From NCBI GenBank assembly GCA_051530055.1, contig CM121342.1:11981480-12045479 (forward strand): a stretch of 64,000 nucleotides of DNA, written 5' to 3'. This document shows positions 25,192-38,500 of this stretch, piece after piece. Under the pieces are notes generated by a model. It was not told where the DNA came from. It made no database searches and saw only the letters and a list, made by a program, of their open reading frames with translations. Every line of letters starts with the position of its first letter. Position 1 is the stretch's first letter. Made by a program: the position numbers and the translations under genes. The stretch comes from Neoechinorhynchus agilis. Its lineage: Eukaryota; Animalia; Acanthocephala.

Positions 25192-27189
25192 AAATGGTAA
25201 ATTGTTTATCCATTTCATAGAACAATTAGATAGATGGCATTATAGTAGAATGCCACACTTAGATGTTAGAGCTTAATAAATATTCCATTTAGTTCTTTTA
25301 TTGTCTGAACTTCGTGGTTTAATCAATTTTTAAAAGCCTCGGTTGGAACGGAGAAGTATCTTATAAAAACAGCGCCATTTTTCCAACTTTGGTTAAAAAT
25401 TCTGCGGTGCTGTTCCGATGGCGCCAATTGTCTCAATGGCGAAATGTTGGAAAATGAAGAGCGACGTATCGGCGATTTTGCCTGGCCATTGTTTTTGAGT
25501 GATCGATGCCGTAGGTTCAAGTTTTGTCCGTCTTAACATCGAACTTGCATGTCGTCGGGATTGAGCAAGCTACGAATAAGCGTAATGCCGAACGATCATC
25601 CATTTTAGTAACAATCGACGAGCTTGACGAAGCGTAAAGGAAACTACGGGACCCTTTAGTTGCAGCCACGAATAGGCGTGCTCGTTCTTTGTGGTCGACA
25701 CAAGAATCAATGAGGTTTCGAAATTGCTTCTGAAACCCAGAGTCTGATCAACGTTTTTGTATTGATGTATCCATTAAGATAAACATTTCGAGTTCTTTAC
25801 TACTTTTTCTCTTGCGATTCTGTAAGATTTATCGTTAATTCCCGGTCCTGGGATTGATATTTCTGTCGCGCGTGTCAGAAACTTTAACCATCAAGATTCC
25901 GGTCATTATGCGACGGATATCTTGGTCGAATGTGGCAAGGGTTTCATAATGTATTGCTGAACCGCCTTTCGTATTGTCCAGGTTATGCAGATGCCTTCTT
26001 AGGTTCGATTAAATTTCATTATCAACAAATTTCATCCCTATACATTTGGGTTTGTGATTCTCAGTACTGTCATTATTCTTTTCGCGTGTCTATTTGCGAT
26101 TTTCTTGGCTTCGTGGAAAGCTCTTCTTATCGCCGACTAGGGATAGAAAATAGTTTTTAGCGTTAAGGCGATCTATACAAGTTCAAGGAATATCCTAAAA
26201 CATTATTGTGAAGAACTGCGGTTACCTCTTCCTTTCTCTGTGGGCATCATTAGGCTGTGATCGGTTTAAAATAAAAGATATCAATCTTTATTGCATCACC
26301 TTTATACTGCACACATCAAAGAGTTTTTTAAAAGGCAAACACGCTGAACAGTACGTGATGATATAGGTTCTTAAGTAAATAATTAGGTAAAAACCTTGTT
26401 TAGATCCGTTTATATTGTTTCTTATACAGAAGCAACGCTCTAGAGGGCTACTGTCACTTTATGCTCCATTTATTATTGTTATAAAACGCCACATACACAC
26501 CGTTTACCATTAATTAATAATCACCGTCAGCTATCGTTTAAAGGATATAATAAACATGGCAAAAAGTTGGTCAGGCAGAAAGAGTGATACTAAGTTTAGA
26601 GTACCCCGAAACAAAAACCGTCCATTATCTGGCTTGTGGCTAATATCCATAAAAATCCTACCATTTCGGCTTCATGACGGGCGCTTAATCATTCGCTGTT
26701 GATGAAATAGTTGCATATACAGTTGATTTCACAATTTTATCACGGTTTTGTTCCTGGCGGATAAATTAATTCGTTACCTGCCAGTTTTTTCGACATGCAG
26801 ACGTTTGTTAACATAACCTTCAGAATATCGGAGAAGAGTATGTTTACAACATAATGGAACTCACGAAGTTACTCAAGAAAACCACCCAAAGAAGAACATT
26901 ACTATTTTAAACAAAATCCTATTTTATGGAGGGTCGCTTACTATGTTTATACTGGCCATTGTACACCTGCCAAAAAGGCCCAGGAAAAGATAAAAGAATG
27001 CAGCCAAACTTACTGAAATAACAAAGAAACTGCTTCAAGAACTGGATCAAATAATGATGTGTGAAATTTTGGCCATTCATCGAACTAAAACGATCACCGT
27101 TCCAATTATTAAGTCTACAGGAGCCAGTGCTAGACTACTAGGCCTGGTGCTGTATTTTGTATAATTGAATTTTCGTTGTACAATAATAA

Positions 27190-27660
27190 AGTACAAAACG
27201 TGCAATTACTACCGTCCGCAAAATTGGAGCTTCTCTCCTTCCTCGGCTGTCGCTATGACGCTAACAGCATTGCCTCGTTGTACTGCAAGCGAGATATTTT
27301 GTCGCAGGAATACATCTGCTCGTGCGTCGCCGGTCGTTTCTCTCCATTTCTTCGAGAGATCCTGGAGCAGAGTGAGTGCCGAGCTACCAAGCGCTCCATA
27401 CGTCTCTACTTCGACGGGGACAAAATAGCGGCCCGTTGCTAAATCCCTATATTTTCGTACCTTCCTCACTTCCGCTGCACCGGCTGCACCTCCTGCGATT
27501 TCGAAAAAGTAGGGATGTTGCATATTGCGAGGGTGTCCACACACGTGGCGTCCCAGAGAAGGCATTTGCCCCCCCCGCCACGGAAAGACCGAAATTCCGT
27601 CAGGTCGACAACCGTCTAGTCGACAAAGATGGGCGGGTTCCAAGATGTTGGGGAAGTTCG
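27190..27660 (-). mobile_element. CRE-clade element 3' end (RLE domain)
   Basis: EPAHLCRLDGCRPDGISVFPW...AAEVRKVRKY...FVPVEVETYGALG...QNISLAVQRGNA. Confidence 0.85.
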
Positions 27661-28019
27661 CCAATCAATTTCCCAAGTTCGAGAAGAAAAACGATTATAA
27701 ATACTTCGCTAGGATCATGTTGGAGAAATTTTTAGGCACTCGCAAACAGATGCCATCACATGGAATTTCAATTATGCAAACCAATTCCAATTTTCAAAAC
27801 GCTTACGGCAGGAATCTTCGGCTTCTTTTGCAGAGGTATACCGTCTGAAATGAGAAAAACATTTTTCTGAAGGATTCATAACAAAATGTGTTAAAACTGA
27901 AAGCAAATATTTTCCCATGATAAAGGATTCACTGAAATCTTTCCATTGGGGAGTTTATCACGAATCGTTATATACGAAGTGCTGATATGGAAAACGGGAA
28001 ATGAAAGGAAAACAGCTGA

Positions 28020-28345
28020 ACTTAATAGAATCAATATGCAGGATTCGCATTATAGACATAACGACTAACCAAACGGCAGTTAGGGGATGTGGAACAACAG
28101 ACGCAATGCATGCTGCCTGAATGCTCTGCGAAAAGTATCGCGAGAAAAAGAAAGACCTATTTATCGCGTTCCTTGACTTAGAAAAGGCATTCGATCGCAT
28201 CCCCAGCAAGCTTATGTGGTACGCACTGCGACAACACAGAGTATCTGAAATACTTGTGAAGTAAGTCAAATTTTACTATGAGTCAAGAAGCAGTGTTAGA
28301 TGTTCAGCAGGAATCTCAGCGCCTTTCGATATATCAGTAGGTGTC
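28020..28345 (+). mobile_element. RTE-clade RT fragment
   Basis: CGTTDAMHA..MLCEKYREKKKDLFIAFLDLEKAFDRIP...FDISVGV; in-frame stops. Confidence 0.8.
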
Positions 28346-30053
28346 TGTGATGGGCGTCATGTATCGATCGGCGTGCAATTAAAATATACACATTAAAGCG
28401 TTACGCGAGTAAAGCCGAGAAGAACTATGCGACAATAGATAAAGAGGCAGTAGCCGTTATTTTTGCACTAAAAAGGTTCCACATGTATCTATTCGGTACA
28501 CAATTCCGATTGGAAACTGATCACAAATCACTTGAATACATTTTTGGTAACAAACGAGAGTTATTTAAGATAACGAGTCAGAGGCTGGTACGATGGGCTA
28601 CGATATTGAGTCAGTATGAATATACGATTCAAGCGATCAAAAGGGTAAATAATGTGATTGCCGATTGTTTATCGAGACTGGCCGCCAAAGATGATGCCGA
28701 AAAATTAGCGAGGAGCGATCCTGAAATAGATATGATAAAGGAAATAAAGATCGATAGAATCGAGTTATCCGAAACAGTAATTCGAGAGGAAACGAGCAAA
28801 GACCAGCTTTTAAAGCGGATCAGACGATATATTCGATACGGCTGGCCTAAATTAGTGAAATCTGAAGATGCAACCATGTTGAGGGGAAGAGAGGAGATAA
28901 GCGATTCTAAAGGTATCCTAATGTTACTCGACCGAATGGTCATACCTGCAAAGTTAAGAAAAAACGTCCTGAATATACTTCACGAAGGTCATCCAGGTCG
29001 CGACGCAATGGTCGCGTTGGCAAGACATTATGTATACTGGCTAAATATAGACGCTGATGTTAAAACAAAAGTAAGTCTTTGCGACGCTTGTCAGCGAGGT
29101 CGACAAAATAATCAAGAATTACCTGTAATAATGTGGGACTGGCCTGGTAAGCCGTGGCATCGATTGCACATAGACTTAGCTGGACCAGTTCGAGAAAACA
29201 GTTTCCTAGTGTGTGTCGATGCTTGCACAAAATGGCCAGAGGTGTGGAAGATGGAAAAAGAAACGACGACCAGGAGCGTTCTAGTGAAACTCGAGGAGTG
29301 TTTTGCACGATTTGAAGTGCCACATTCGATCGTCTCTGACAACGGACCGCAATTTATATCAAATGAGTTCCAAAACTTCTGCAGAAAGCATCAAATCAAG
29401 CACATAAGATCGAGTCCCTACCATCCCCGCACAAACGGATTGGCCGAAAGGTTCATTGGAACATTAAAAAGAAGAATCGAAGGTTTGAAAACAAATTGGA
29501 GCACTGTACTGGAGTTTTTGCAGGCATATCGAAATACACCTTATGTGTCGACTGGAGCTGAACCAGCGAAAATGATGACAGGTAGACGATTACGAACGAT
29601 GCTCGACAATGTTAAACCGTATATGCAAGGTCGAATGGAAGATCGAAACAAGAAACAAGAACAAGATTCGTGGGAGAATAGAAGAATGCGGTTTTTCGGA
29701 GAAAGTGAACCGACATGGTACAAGAGAAATAAAGAATATAATTGGATGAAGGGAAGAATAAATAAAATGAATAGCCCGGTGTCTTATACAATAACCGGAG
29801 ACCACGGAGGAGAGCGACGATGTCATGGTGACTATATCCGAAAACGAGAAATCTAAATGAGCAAGGTGGAGCAAGAAACAGATAAGTGCGACAAGACACG
29901 AGAAATCGATGAATTCAAGGTCAAAGAAGAACCAAGGATTATAAGCGAGGAACAAAACGAACCGGAACCAACGGAATTGAGACGCGGGACACGAATACGA
30001 AGACAAACCATTAGACCTTATGATGAGTACTTGGGTCGCAGAGTGGAAGGAGA
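28346..30053 (+). mobile_element. Ty3/gypsy (Mag-like) RNase H-integrase region with polypurine tract
   Basis: YATIDKEAVA, LHEGHPG...C..C, LHIDLAGP...VDACTKWPEV...VSDNGPQF...HPRTNGLAER; purine tract AGAGTGGAAGGAGA before TG at 30054. Confidence 0.93.
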
Positions 30054-30182
30054 TGTGGTAGGACGTCAGCGATACGCATAGTACGATCGATAGTGTGTAG
30101 TGCATGTACGTTTGAACATTGTGGTTTGGCAGTTAGAATAAAACATAGAGTTAGTATAAGCATGCCGGCATCACTTACAACA
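30054..30182 (+). mobile_element. Putative 3' LTR (~129 bp, TG...CA)
   Basis: Follows the PPT, contains AATAAA, ends ...TTACAACA. Confidence 0.6.
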
Positions 30183-32530
30183 TGCAAAAAAGAGAGAAGT
30201 GGATGTATTAAACAAAAGAATGTTCAGAGACGATAGTTTATAACGTCTGTTTAAAAGCAAATTCTTAGAAAAGTCCCAAATGAGGGTGTCATGCCCTGAA
30301 ATAAGAAATAAGGCAGATTGGGATATAACTGTTGGCTTCAAGACAGACAACTTATTTGCCAGACAAAGATCCAGCGAGGAGCTGCGATTAGACGCGGAAA
30401 ACGTGGGATATGGAGCGGCCAGAATCACATGTGAATCGTTGACGTGAACAACGGCTCGAATCCATTTACCTGATGGATCGCTGAAGTCTCCGAACTATAA
30501 ATCGATACCGGATGAAAGCAGGTCCTTCAGGATCGCCTTGTTATGAGGTAAATGAACCTTGTTAGGGCGTGTGTAGAAATTACCAAGTAGAGCGACTCTT
30601 CCTTGAACATGGATAAAGAAAATTGCGTAGGAGAGATCAAGAGAGATGAAGCTGGAGACGAGGGAGGACAAAAGATGAAGTTTGAAAATGGAGAGGATAC
30701 CCTGGGAGTTCGGGCTGGCAGGAGGGGTAATGACGATAGAAGAGACAAACGTCAGGGACTTGAAGCCGACCGGTAGGTCTTCACGAGTATAGACGCTTTT
30801 AGTCTCCTGAATTAAGACTATCTCATACTTAAGTGCCTTGGCCAAGATTTTAGGAATTCCCAGGCGACCACCAGAGTTCCATTGCACTAACCTTAGTTCG
30901 GTCATAAACCGATTCTCGCCTTTTTGATGTTGCCCGCTGAACCCTCAGAACAGATCTGTTTTTGATCCTAGATCACTTGACGAACGAACACCTCGTTGAT
31001 ATGCACATCATCGTCAGTCGCGGAAAGATCGCTTGAACAAATCGGCGTACGAAGCTCGGTTGATACATTGTTTTAGAGACGCGGAGAGGGCTTCGAAGTG
31101 TCTCTCAAGCCGTTTCTCGAAGTTTTGAATCGCTGAAGAGATGCGCAAATCAACCATTTTCAGGATGTTGGCTGAAAAAGCGTTCAGAACCTGGTCGAGG
31201 TGATGCGGGATGTTGAGTGCAGAATGAACGGATTCAATGGGTTGCGAAGTTGACTGACCCGTGAGGTCGGATCTGATCGAGCCGGACATTGAGCACGTTG
31301 AAGCGGGCTGAGTGCAATAAAGGGGTTGCCGTTGAAGAGATTCTTTTGGCTTCCTGGATGGTTTCGATGCGGATTGGTTTTGAGCCCATTTTACGTAATT
31401 CTTGAAAGCTGTACATGTTCAAAAAAATGCGCAATGCCCATCTTTGCCACAATTAGCGCATTTTTTAGATTTGCGCGTACAATTCGCGCTTGAATGCTAT
31501 CCTGCACAGTATGCACAAATACATCGTTTTTACGGACATTGCTGAGCCCAATGTCCCGATTGCTGACACCCAGCACATAGAGGAAAGATGTAGTTGTCCA
31601 GTTTCGAAATTTCGTTGGGGTGAAAAAAATTTCCATCCATTGGAAAAAGCATCTTTGGGTTAATAGCGCATCCCTTGTCCCGATGTCAGCCTTCACGACT
31701 GCCCTTGGAATCGGAAGTCTGTTGTTCCGAGACTTGATGAAAAACAGGACTTTACAGCCAAACTTTGTTTCAAAAGCTTTCTTATCGACCTCTTCGATAT
31801 CTGGAGATAGCCCAGACACTAGAAATGTTGAATCAAAAGAGTTGTTCGTAAAGGTAACATTAGGACTTTTAATCGATTCCAAATAGCATTTGTGTTGATG
31901 TTTATAGATATCATTGGATAGGTATACCTTCAAATTGCCTGCAAAATATGTGACTTTCATGATTCTCTGCCAATCATCGTTGAAAGAACGAAGCCATGGA
32001 ACGAGATACATTTTATACAGTATATCCCGTGATTGAATCGAGTTCGAGTCAATCGAGATGGAGTGTGGCCATTTTTGTAATGGAGGGGATATGTAGGTGG
32101 GATCCGTTGGGTTTTCAACTGATTTTGTTTCGAGAAGTTTGGGTTTAGGATTGAATTTATCACTATGATCCATGGAGTTTTTGTCATTGAGAAATAGCTT
32201 TATATCTCCGAGAATACTGTTTTGGACCTCCGGCGACATAGGAATTCTCAGAGAAGTGGGTGGCCATTTGCCACCCTCCGCTGCAGGGCCCAACGATAAC
32301 AACGCATTGTCAATCGCTCGTCGCGATCGCAGCAATGAGGGCGTTTTTGTCGACATATCGATCGGCGCCATGAATATATAAATGAAAACGGCGGTCAATT
32401 TTCTAAACAAATTCATGCCAGAACTACAAGCTAAATGTAAGACGAAGAGCCTGGGAGTGGAATTCCGAGCACGAGCATTCCTTGCAAGAAGTGCGCTAAT
32501 CCCTAACGGATGCTCAAGTCCTGAAGACGT
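30183..32530 (-). mobile_element. I/Jockey-like LINE: ORF1 with three CCHC knuckles (frameshifted) followed by ORF2 endonuclease, truncated before RT
   Basis: Alternative frame gives CAGCQQSGHWAQQC, CAYCAG*HSSANC, CANCGKDGH. ORF2 starts MTELRLVQWNSGG...IQET...GNFY...PTF...SSLDLC...GHD. Confidence 0.82.
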
Positions 32531-35500
32531 TCCAAATGGAGAAACAAACCGAGTTATTGTGCGACGCAAGCGATAAGGGTTATGGAGCGGCGTTAATACA
32601 GGTGCAGGCTGATGGGAATGCGTTGCCGGTTGCCTATGCTTCTAGAACTCTCAAGAGTCCAGAGAAGAATTACGCTCAAGTTGAAAAAGAGGGTTTTGTC
32701 ATAATTTTCGCTGTGCGGAAATTCCACCAATACCTAATAAGCCGCAAATTTAAGCTTTACAGTGATCGTAAACCGTTGAAATACATTTATGGAGCTAACC
32801 GGAACTTGGATAAGATGAGGAACCAGCGTTTAATCCGTTGGGGTGTCGAACTATCTCAATATAATTATGAGCATGAATTTGTTATAGGACAAAACAATCG
32901 GATAGCTTATACACTCTCTCGACTCACATGTGCTCCTACCGACGACGAAGATCATGAAATCAACAGGATTCAGGATTACATGATGAGCGAGATGGAGCTG
33001 AGCTTGTAAAAGATGTGCGGCGCAACCGAATCGGATCCGGAACTGCGGAACCTCTACGTGCATCAAAGTGATCAACACCTCTACATGCATCAAATCGATT
33101 ATCGGGATCAAATTGATTATCGGCATATTTAAAAACTTACAAACAATGCGTCGAGTTTATTGCAAACACCTTCATGGCTGGTAAAAAGTCCCGTAACCCA
33201 GCCTCCAAGAGGATCACCTGCTCGTGCCAAGGGTGCCCGATAACAACCCTCATCGCCCCAACGCACATCCCAGAACCTTGCCCGTTCTTTATCTGTGGGT
33301 TCTGCTGCGCCAAGCTGCTGATCAAACTGGAACCAGATCGAATGCCTTTTGGAGTTGTCAACAGGGCACTTGCGACCACGATCGACGCTAACCTCGAAAT
33401 ATCACCTTCTACCATGCCTTTGAACATCACAGCTGAAGCCATCATACAGATTTCTCCCGATCTGATGCCCAACAACGGCTTATCACCAGAATCAATTCAC
33501 CACCCCGACCTCTTTCCTCCCGTTTCACCCGTCACAACACATCCCACTCAACTGAGTACATCCCCAAACACAACCAAACAATTGTCAAGGATCCCTTACC
33601 AGCTCCCAGCAGCTCGTTAATTTCAAATCTAATTGATGACAAAGAGCGTGACCTGTTTCTGTACAAGGTCAACCAACTACCTTGTGACAACCCAAACATG
33701 CCAACGACACCCGGAAATGATAAATCGTCTCTGGACCCTAGAACTAACTCAATCCCGATTCTCAAACCTTCGGTTCAGACTCATATTACCTCCCTCACAT
33801 CCACCCTCCGCGCAGCTCCATCTTATTCCGCTCGTCGACTTCCCTCTTTTCAAGACTACGCTCGCCTCTCAATCACGTCTACCAATCAGCCTCCCTCTCA
33901 GCATAGGTTACCGGAAATAACACCACCCTCACCGAAATCTTCTCGCGTACCAACACATCCGGCCTTCTCCCTAGCCACGCCCAACAAAAACATAAGAAAT
34001 ATGATCCATCCTCCTATCTCTTCATCTCCGGTATTCTTGAAGTTCCTGAATGTCCACTTTCTAGCCGTTTCAATGCGTTGAAACACAATCTGCTACATCT
34101 CAACGAAATTACCCGTACGGCCCAACCCAAAAAATTTCGGTCGACTTTGAACAATCCACTTGCACCCTAGATGAACAGGCAACCACAACGTAACGTGAGC
34201 ATCACTCTCACTCCTTCTTCAACAAGGTAAGTGATGCCCTACCCGGAATCCGAAGTTCTATATACAGCAACGACCCGTCTAAAGCCATAGCGGCATTGCA
34301 CAATATTTTAGTCCATTGCATGCGCATGTCTTTTCCTCGGAAAATGATTCGTATGTCGAATCGTGATCCACCATGGTTGACAAGGTGAATAAATCATTTC
34401 GCTCCCGACATCCCGATTACCCAGAACGCCACAAGAGATTCACTGAGCGTCTTCTTTACGCTCGCAAAACCTTCGTTTTTTCCAAACTACCATCATCCTC
34501 TAATCGCTCCTGGTGGAGCGAGATCAAAAATGCCATCGGTCTTCACAGATCTCCGCCTTTCACCAATCTGCATAAATGTCAGCTCGAAAACACACTCAAC
34601 GCGATGAACGCTACCATGTACCCTCCCAAATCTTCCACTGACACAAGCGTCGTACGCCCCTGCGATGATCGCAACCATAGGTCCTGTGTTCCTCATTCAC
34701 GCGTCTCCTCTCTTGAGGTTCCTTTACTACTCAAAAAACTACTACGTACATCACCCCCTAACGCTTTGATTCCCAACTGGGCCATTCGCATCATCATTTC
34801 ATTGATCTTTGAGCCTCTAGCTCATATCATAAATTCTAGCTTTGAAACGGGGATTTTTCCAGATTGCCTGAAGACCGCTCGCATTATTCCTATCCATAAG
34901 GCGAGGAAACCCGTTTTTCCGACTTCCTTTCGCCCTGTATCTCTACTCTCGCCGTTTTCTAAAATTTTTGAAAAATATTTTAAAACTCGCATCCTCCCCA
35001 TCTTTTTACAAAACATTTCGTCTAACCAATTCGACTTCCGACCAGGATTCTGTTGTACCGACGCCCTCTTGTGCATTTACGATTCAATTCTGCGCAATCT
35101 TGACCAAGAACCGTCTTTCGTTTGTCGCCTCATCCAGGTGGATCTAGCTAAGGCCTTTGACTCTGTAGATCACGATCTTCTCGTTAAGGCCTGCGGGAAG
35201 TTTGGCTTCTTACCCTGGCAAATAAGCTGGCTCACTTCTTTCCTCGCAAACCGGTCGCAATATTTTCAATGCGGAAATAACCGCTCAACGACCCTTCCCA
35301 TACATTGCGGTGTGCCACAAGGAGCTATACTATCGCCCTTACTTTTAGGTATTTTCCTCAACGACCTTACACCCCTCTCAACGTGCGCTAAATATTTCCT
35401 TTATGCGGACGACCTAACCATCATAACCCATGCTCCTCAATCACTCTCGCTCAGCCTCACGTCCGCAGACCCATCAACTCTCAATTAATTTCTCCAAATC

Positions 35501-38500
35501 TCATGAACTTATTCCGTCGCTTCGAAAACCTAGGACTGATATTCCACCGCTCCCTCTCGATATCGAACGCGTCACATCGCTTCGCATTCTGGGCCTAATC
35601 TTCCAACACAACCTCAAATGGGACATCCGCATTAATGCCATCGTAGCAAAAGCCACTGCTAAATTGCATTTAATCAAGCGCTTACGTTTCCTCGAAGTCA
35701 GCCCACGCGATCTAGCACATTTCTATTGGTCCGTTGTGGTCCCCGCAATCTCATATGCATACCCAACCTTTTGCAATTTATCAACCCATCAACTGCGCTT
35801 GCTTTCATCTCTAAATAAACGAGCCTGCAAAATTTGCTCCAAGGACCTCCCACCAATCGAAAAGCACCTTTCCAAAATCTTTGATAAATACATTACCTCC
35901 CTGCATGACATTAAATATTGCGGACAGCAAGATACTTTTGAGGATGCGAAAATGGACAGTTTTAAAAGCAGTAGTAATAGATTGTTCTCTGATTAAGACA
36001 AGTTGAGATCTCTTGCCAATCTTCGTCGGGATCGCTCGTTACAAAATTCTTAAAAAAGACGACATAAGGATATACAATAAGAGAATGTTAGTCTAATTGT
36101 ATGATGTGTAACGGCTTCTTCTGAAAGGACTACGAGCGAGAAAACCTAATACTTGGAAAAACGCTGAATCCGATCATTGATATATTTATCAGCAACAAGT
36201 CCAATTAATGGTCCTTCGATCATTCCACAAAAACGCGGCGTTTTTTATCGACTTACTCGTTTTCGCGAATGTGTTTCGTACTGATACATGCTACTGATTT
36301 TGTTATAAATATTTTTGCGCAAATCGAATTTTTCACGGAAACAACGCAAATAAGAATGCATTAAATCCATCGTAAGTAAATGTTTGTGAAGTCAGCTAGT
36401 AGAATTCTTTTCAACAAATCACAGGTAAATAGCGGATATGTAAGTTTATTTCGTATTTAAATTAAAACATTTAAATTTGTTCGATCAGAACCGAGATTAT
36501 TTCGTTCGCGATTTTTACAGTGATCAAGAGCCTGCTCGTGAGAAATTAGCTTCAATTTGCATGTTGACCTTCTAAAATCGCTATTTTAGCAACTTTGCAT
36601 CGTGGGAATTTATTGTCGCATACTTTTGATAATTTCCACTTTGATTTCTTTGTGAATGAAGTAACTATAGTTTCCTAGTAAAGCATTTGCTTGCGCTTTT
36701 CGAACATCGTGATAAAAGTTCTTATCCGAAATTATAGGCATGTTTTAGAAACAAGATGTATCGATGTTTTGAAAGACTTGCCCGTGTGCGTCGATCGATT
36801 TGATAACATTGCAGCTAAATGTACAATATTTGCTGCCTTTGCCGAATGGATAAAAGTGAGCCCGTAGATCACTTGAAGGTATCTTCTTTTGTGACTCCTC
36901 CGATCAATGGTGTTCGTTCACTTACTTCTCGCGCTCTTCGTTACATCAAAAACGTTTTCTGCGATGGAAATTTCTGACTTAATGCAGACTGGCGATGAAC
37001 CAAACGCAACAATTATCGAAGAGAGAGGCTGCGGATGTTTGATCTGCCCAGAACTTGATTGTTGTTCTGCCCCAAAAATAATACACGTGACAACATGTCC
37101 ACCAACCTGCAAACCATACTGCCCACAACCTTCTCCACCAACCTGCCAACCACCTTGCAGACCACACTACCAACCACCTTGCCCACAACCTTGCCCACCA
37201 CCTTGCCCACCACCTTGCCCACCACCTTGCCCACCACCTTGCAGACCACACTGCCCACCACCTTACCCACCAACCTGCCCACCACCTTGTAGACCACACT
37301 GCCCACCACCTTGCCCACTAACGTGCCAACAATACTACCCACCAACATGCCCACCAGTATGTCAAAGTGCGTACCCAGCTCCATGTCAACAATGCCACGA
37401 TGTTATGGATCAAGGATGCAACATTCCGGCACATTGCAAGTACCAGAATGTTTGCCCACCAAAGGATATTGGTTGCTGCTAGAAATGGTAAAATTTGTAG
37501 CCATTTCATAGAACAATTAGATAGATGGCAAAATCGTAGAATGCCACACTTAGATGTTAGAACGCAATAAATATTCCATTTAATTCTTTTATTGTCTGAA
37601 CGTCGTGGTTTACTCATCGTAAAGTAGTGTTTTTGGTATTATTAGATAATTATTTTGTTATTAATTTCCAAAAGTCCCGATGGGAACGGAGGAATATCTT
37701 ATAAAAACAGATCGCTGCCCGGGGTCCTTTGATCGTGCGCCATTTTCCAACTTCGGTTAAAAATTCTGCGCTGCTGTTCCGATGGCGCCAATTGTCTCAG
37801 TGGCGAGATGTTGGAAAATGAGGAGCGACGTATATATGTATTTATACTTCTCCATTTTCGCCACTTCACGGCCTACAACTTGCTTTTAGCAATCGTTTTA
37901 AGGCAGCCGAAATACTGGGAGACGGCCGCTTTTCAGACGAACTTGCATGTCGCCGGAATTGAGCAAGCTACGAATAAGCGTAGTGCCGAAGCGAGACTAA
38001 AGGAACGGTCATCCATTTTAGTACCAATCGACGGGCTTGAGGAAGCGTAAAGGAAACTACGGGACCCTTTAGTTGCAGCCACGAATAGGCGTGCTCGTTC
38101 TTTGTGGTCGACACAAGAATCAATGAGGTTTCGAAAATGCTTCTGAAACCCAGAGTCTGATCAACGTTTTTGTATTGATGTATCCATTGAGACAAACATT
38201 TCCAGTTCTTTACTACTTTTTCTCTTGCGATTCGGTAAGATTTATCGTTAATTCCCCATTCTGAGATTGCTATTTCTGTCGCGCGCAGAACACGAAAATC
38301 TCCCTAGTGAACTGGGAAAGAAGTTTGTCGCTAAGCCGAGTCAGAAACTTTAACCACCAGGATTCCGGTCATTACGCGACAGATATCTTCGTCAAATTCG
38401 CCAACTCATTTTTCGGACCCTAGGGGAAATCATAGTGAGGCGCATTTTTTGCGAAGTCGTCTAGATTCAAAATAACGAGCGGCGGTGATAGGATGTGGTT

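Noticed and set aside
24659-25225. Overlapping mucin-like (LPTN)n, (VG)n and Trp-rich ORFs in other frames of the Cys-rich genes
   Set aside because: By-products of a stop-free 12-bp repeat; no signal peptide and inconsistent ends across paralogues.
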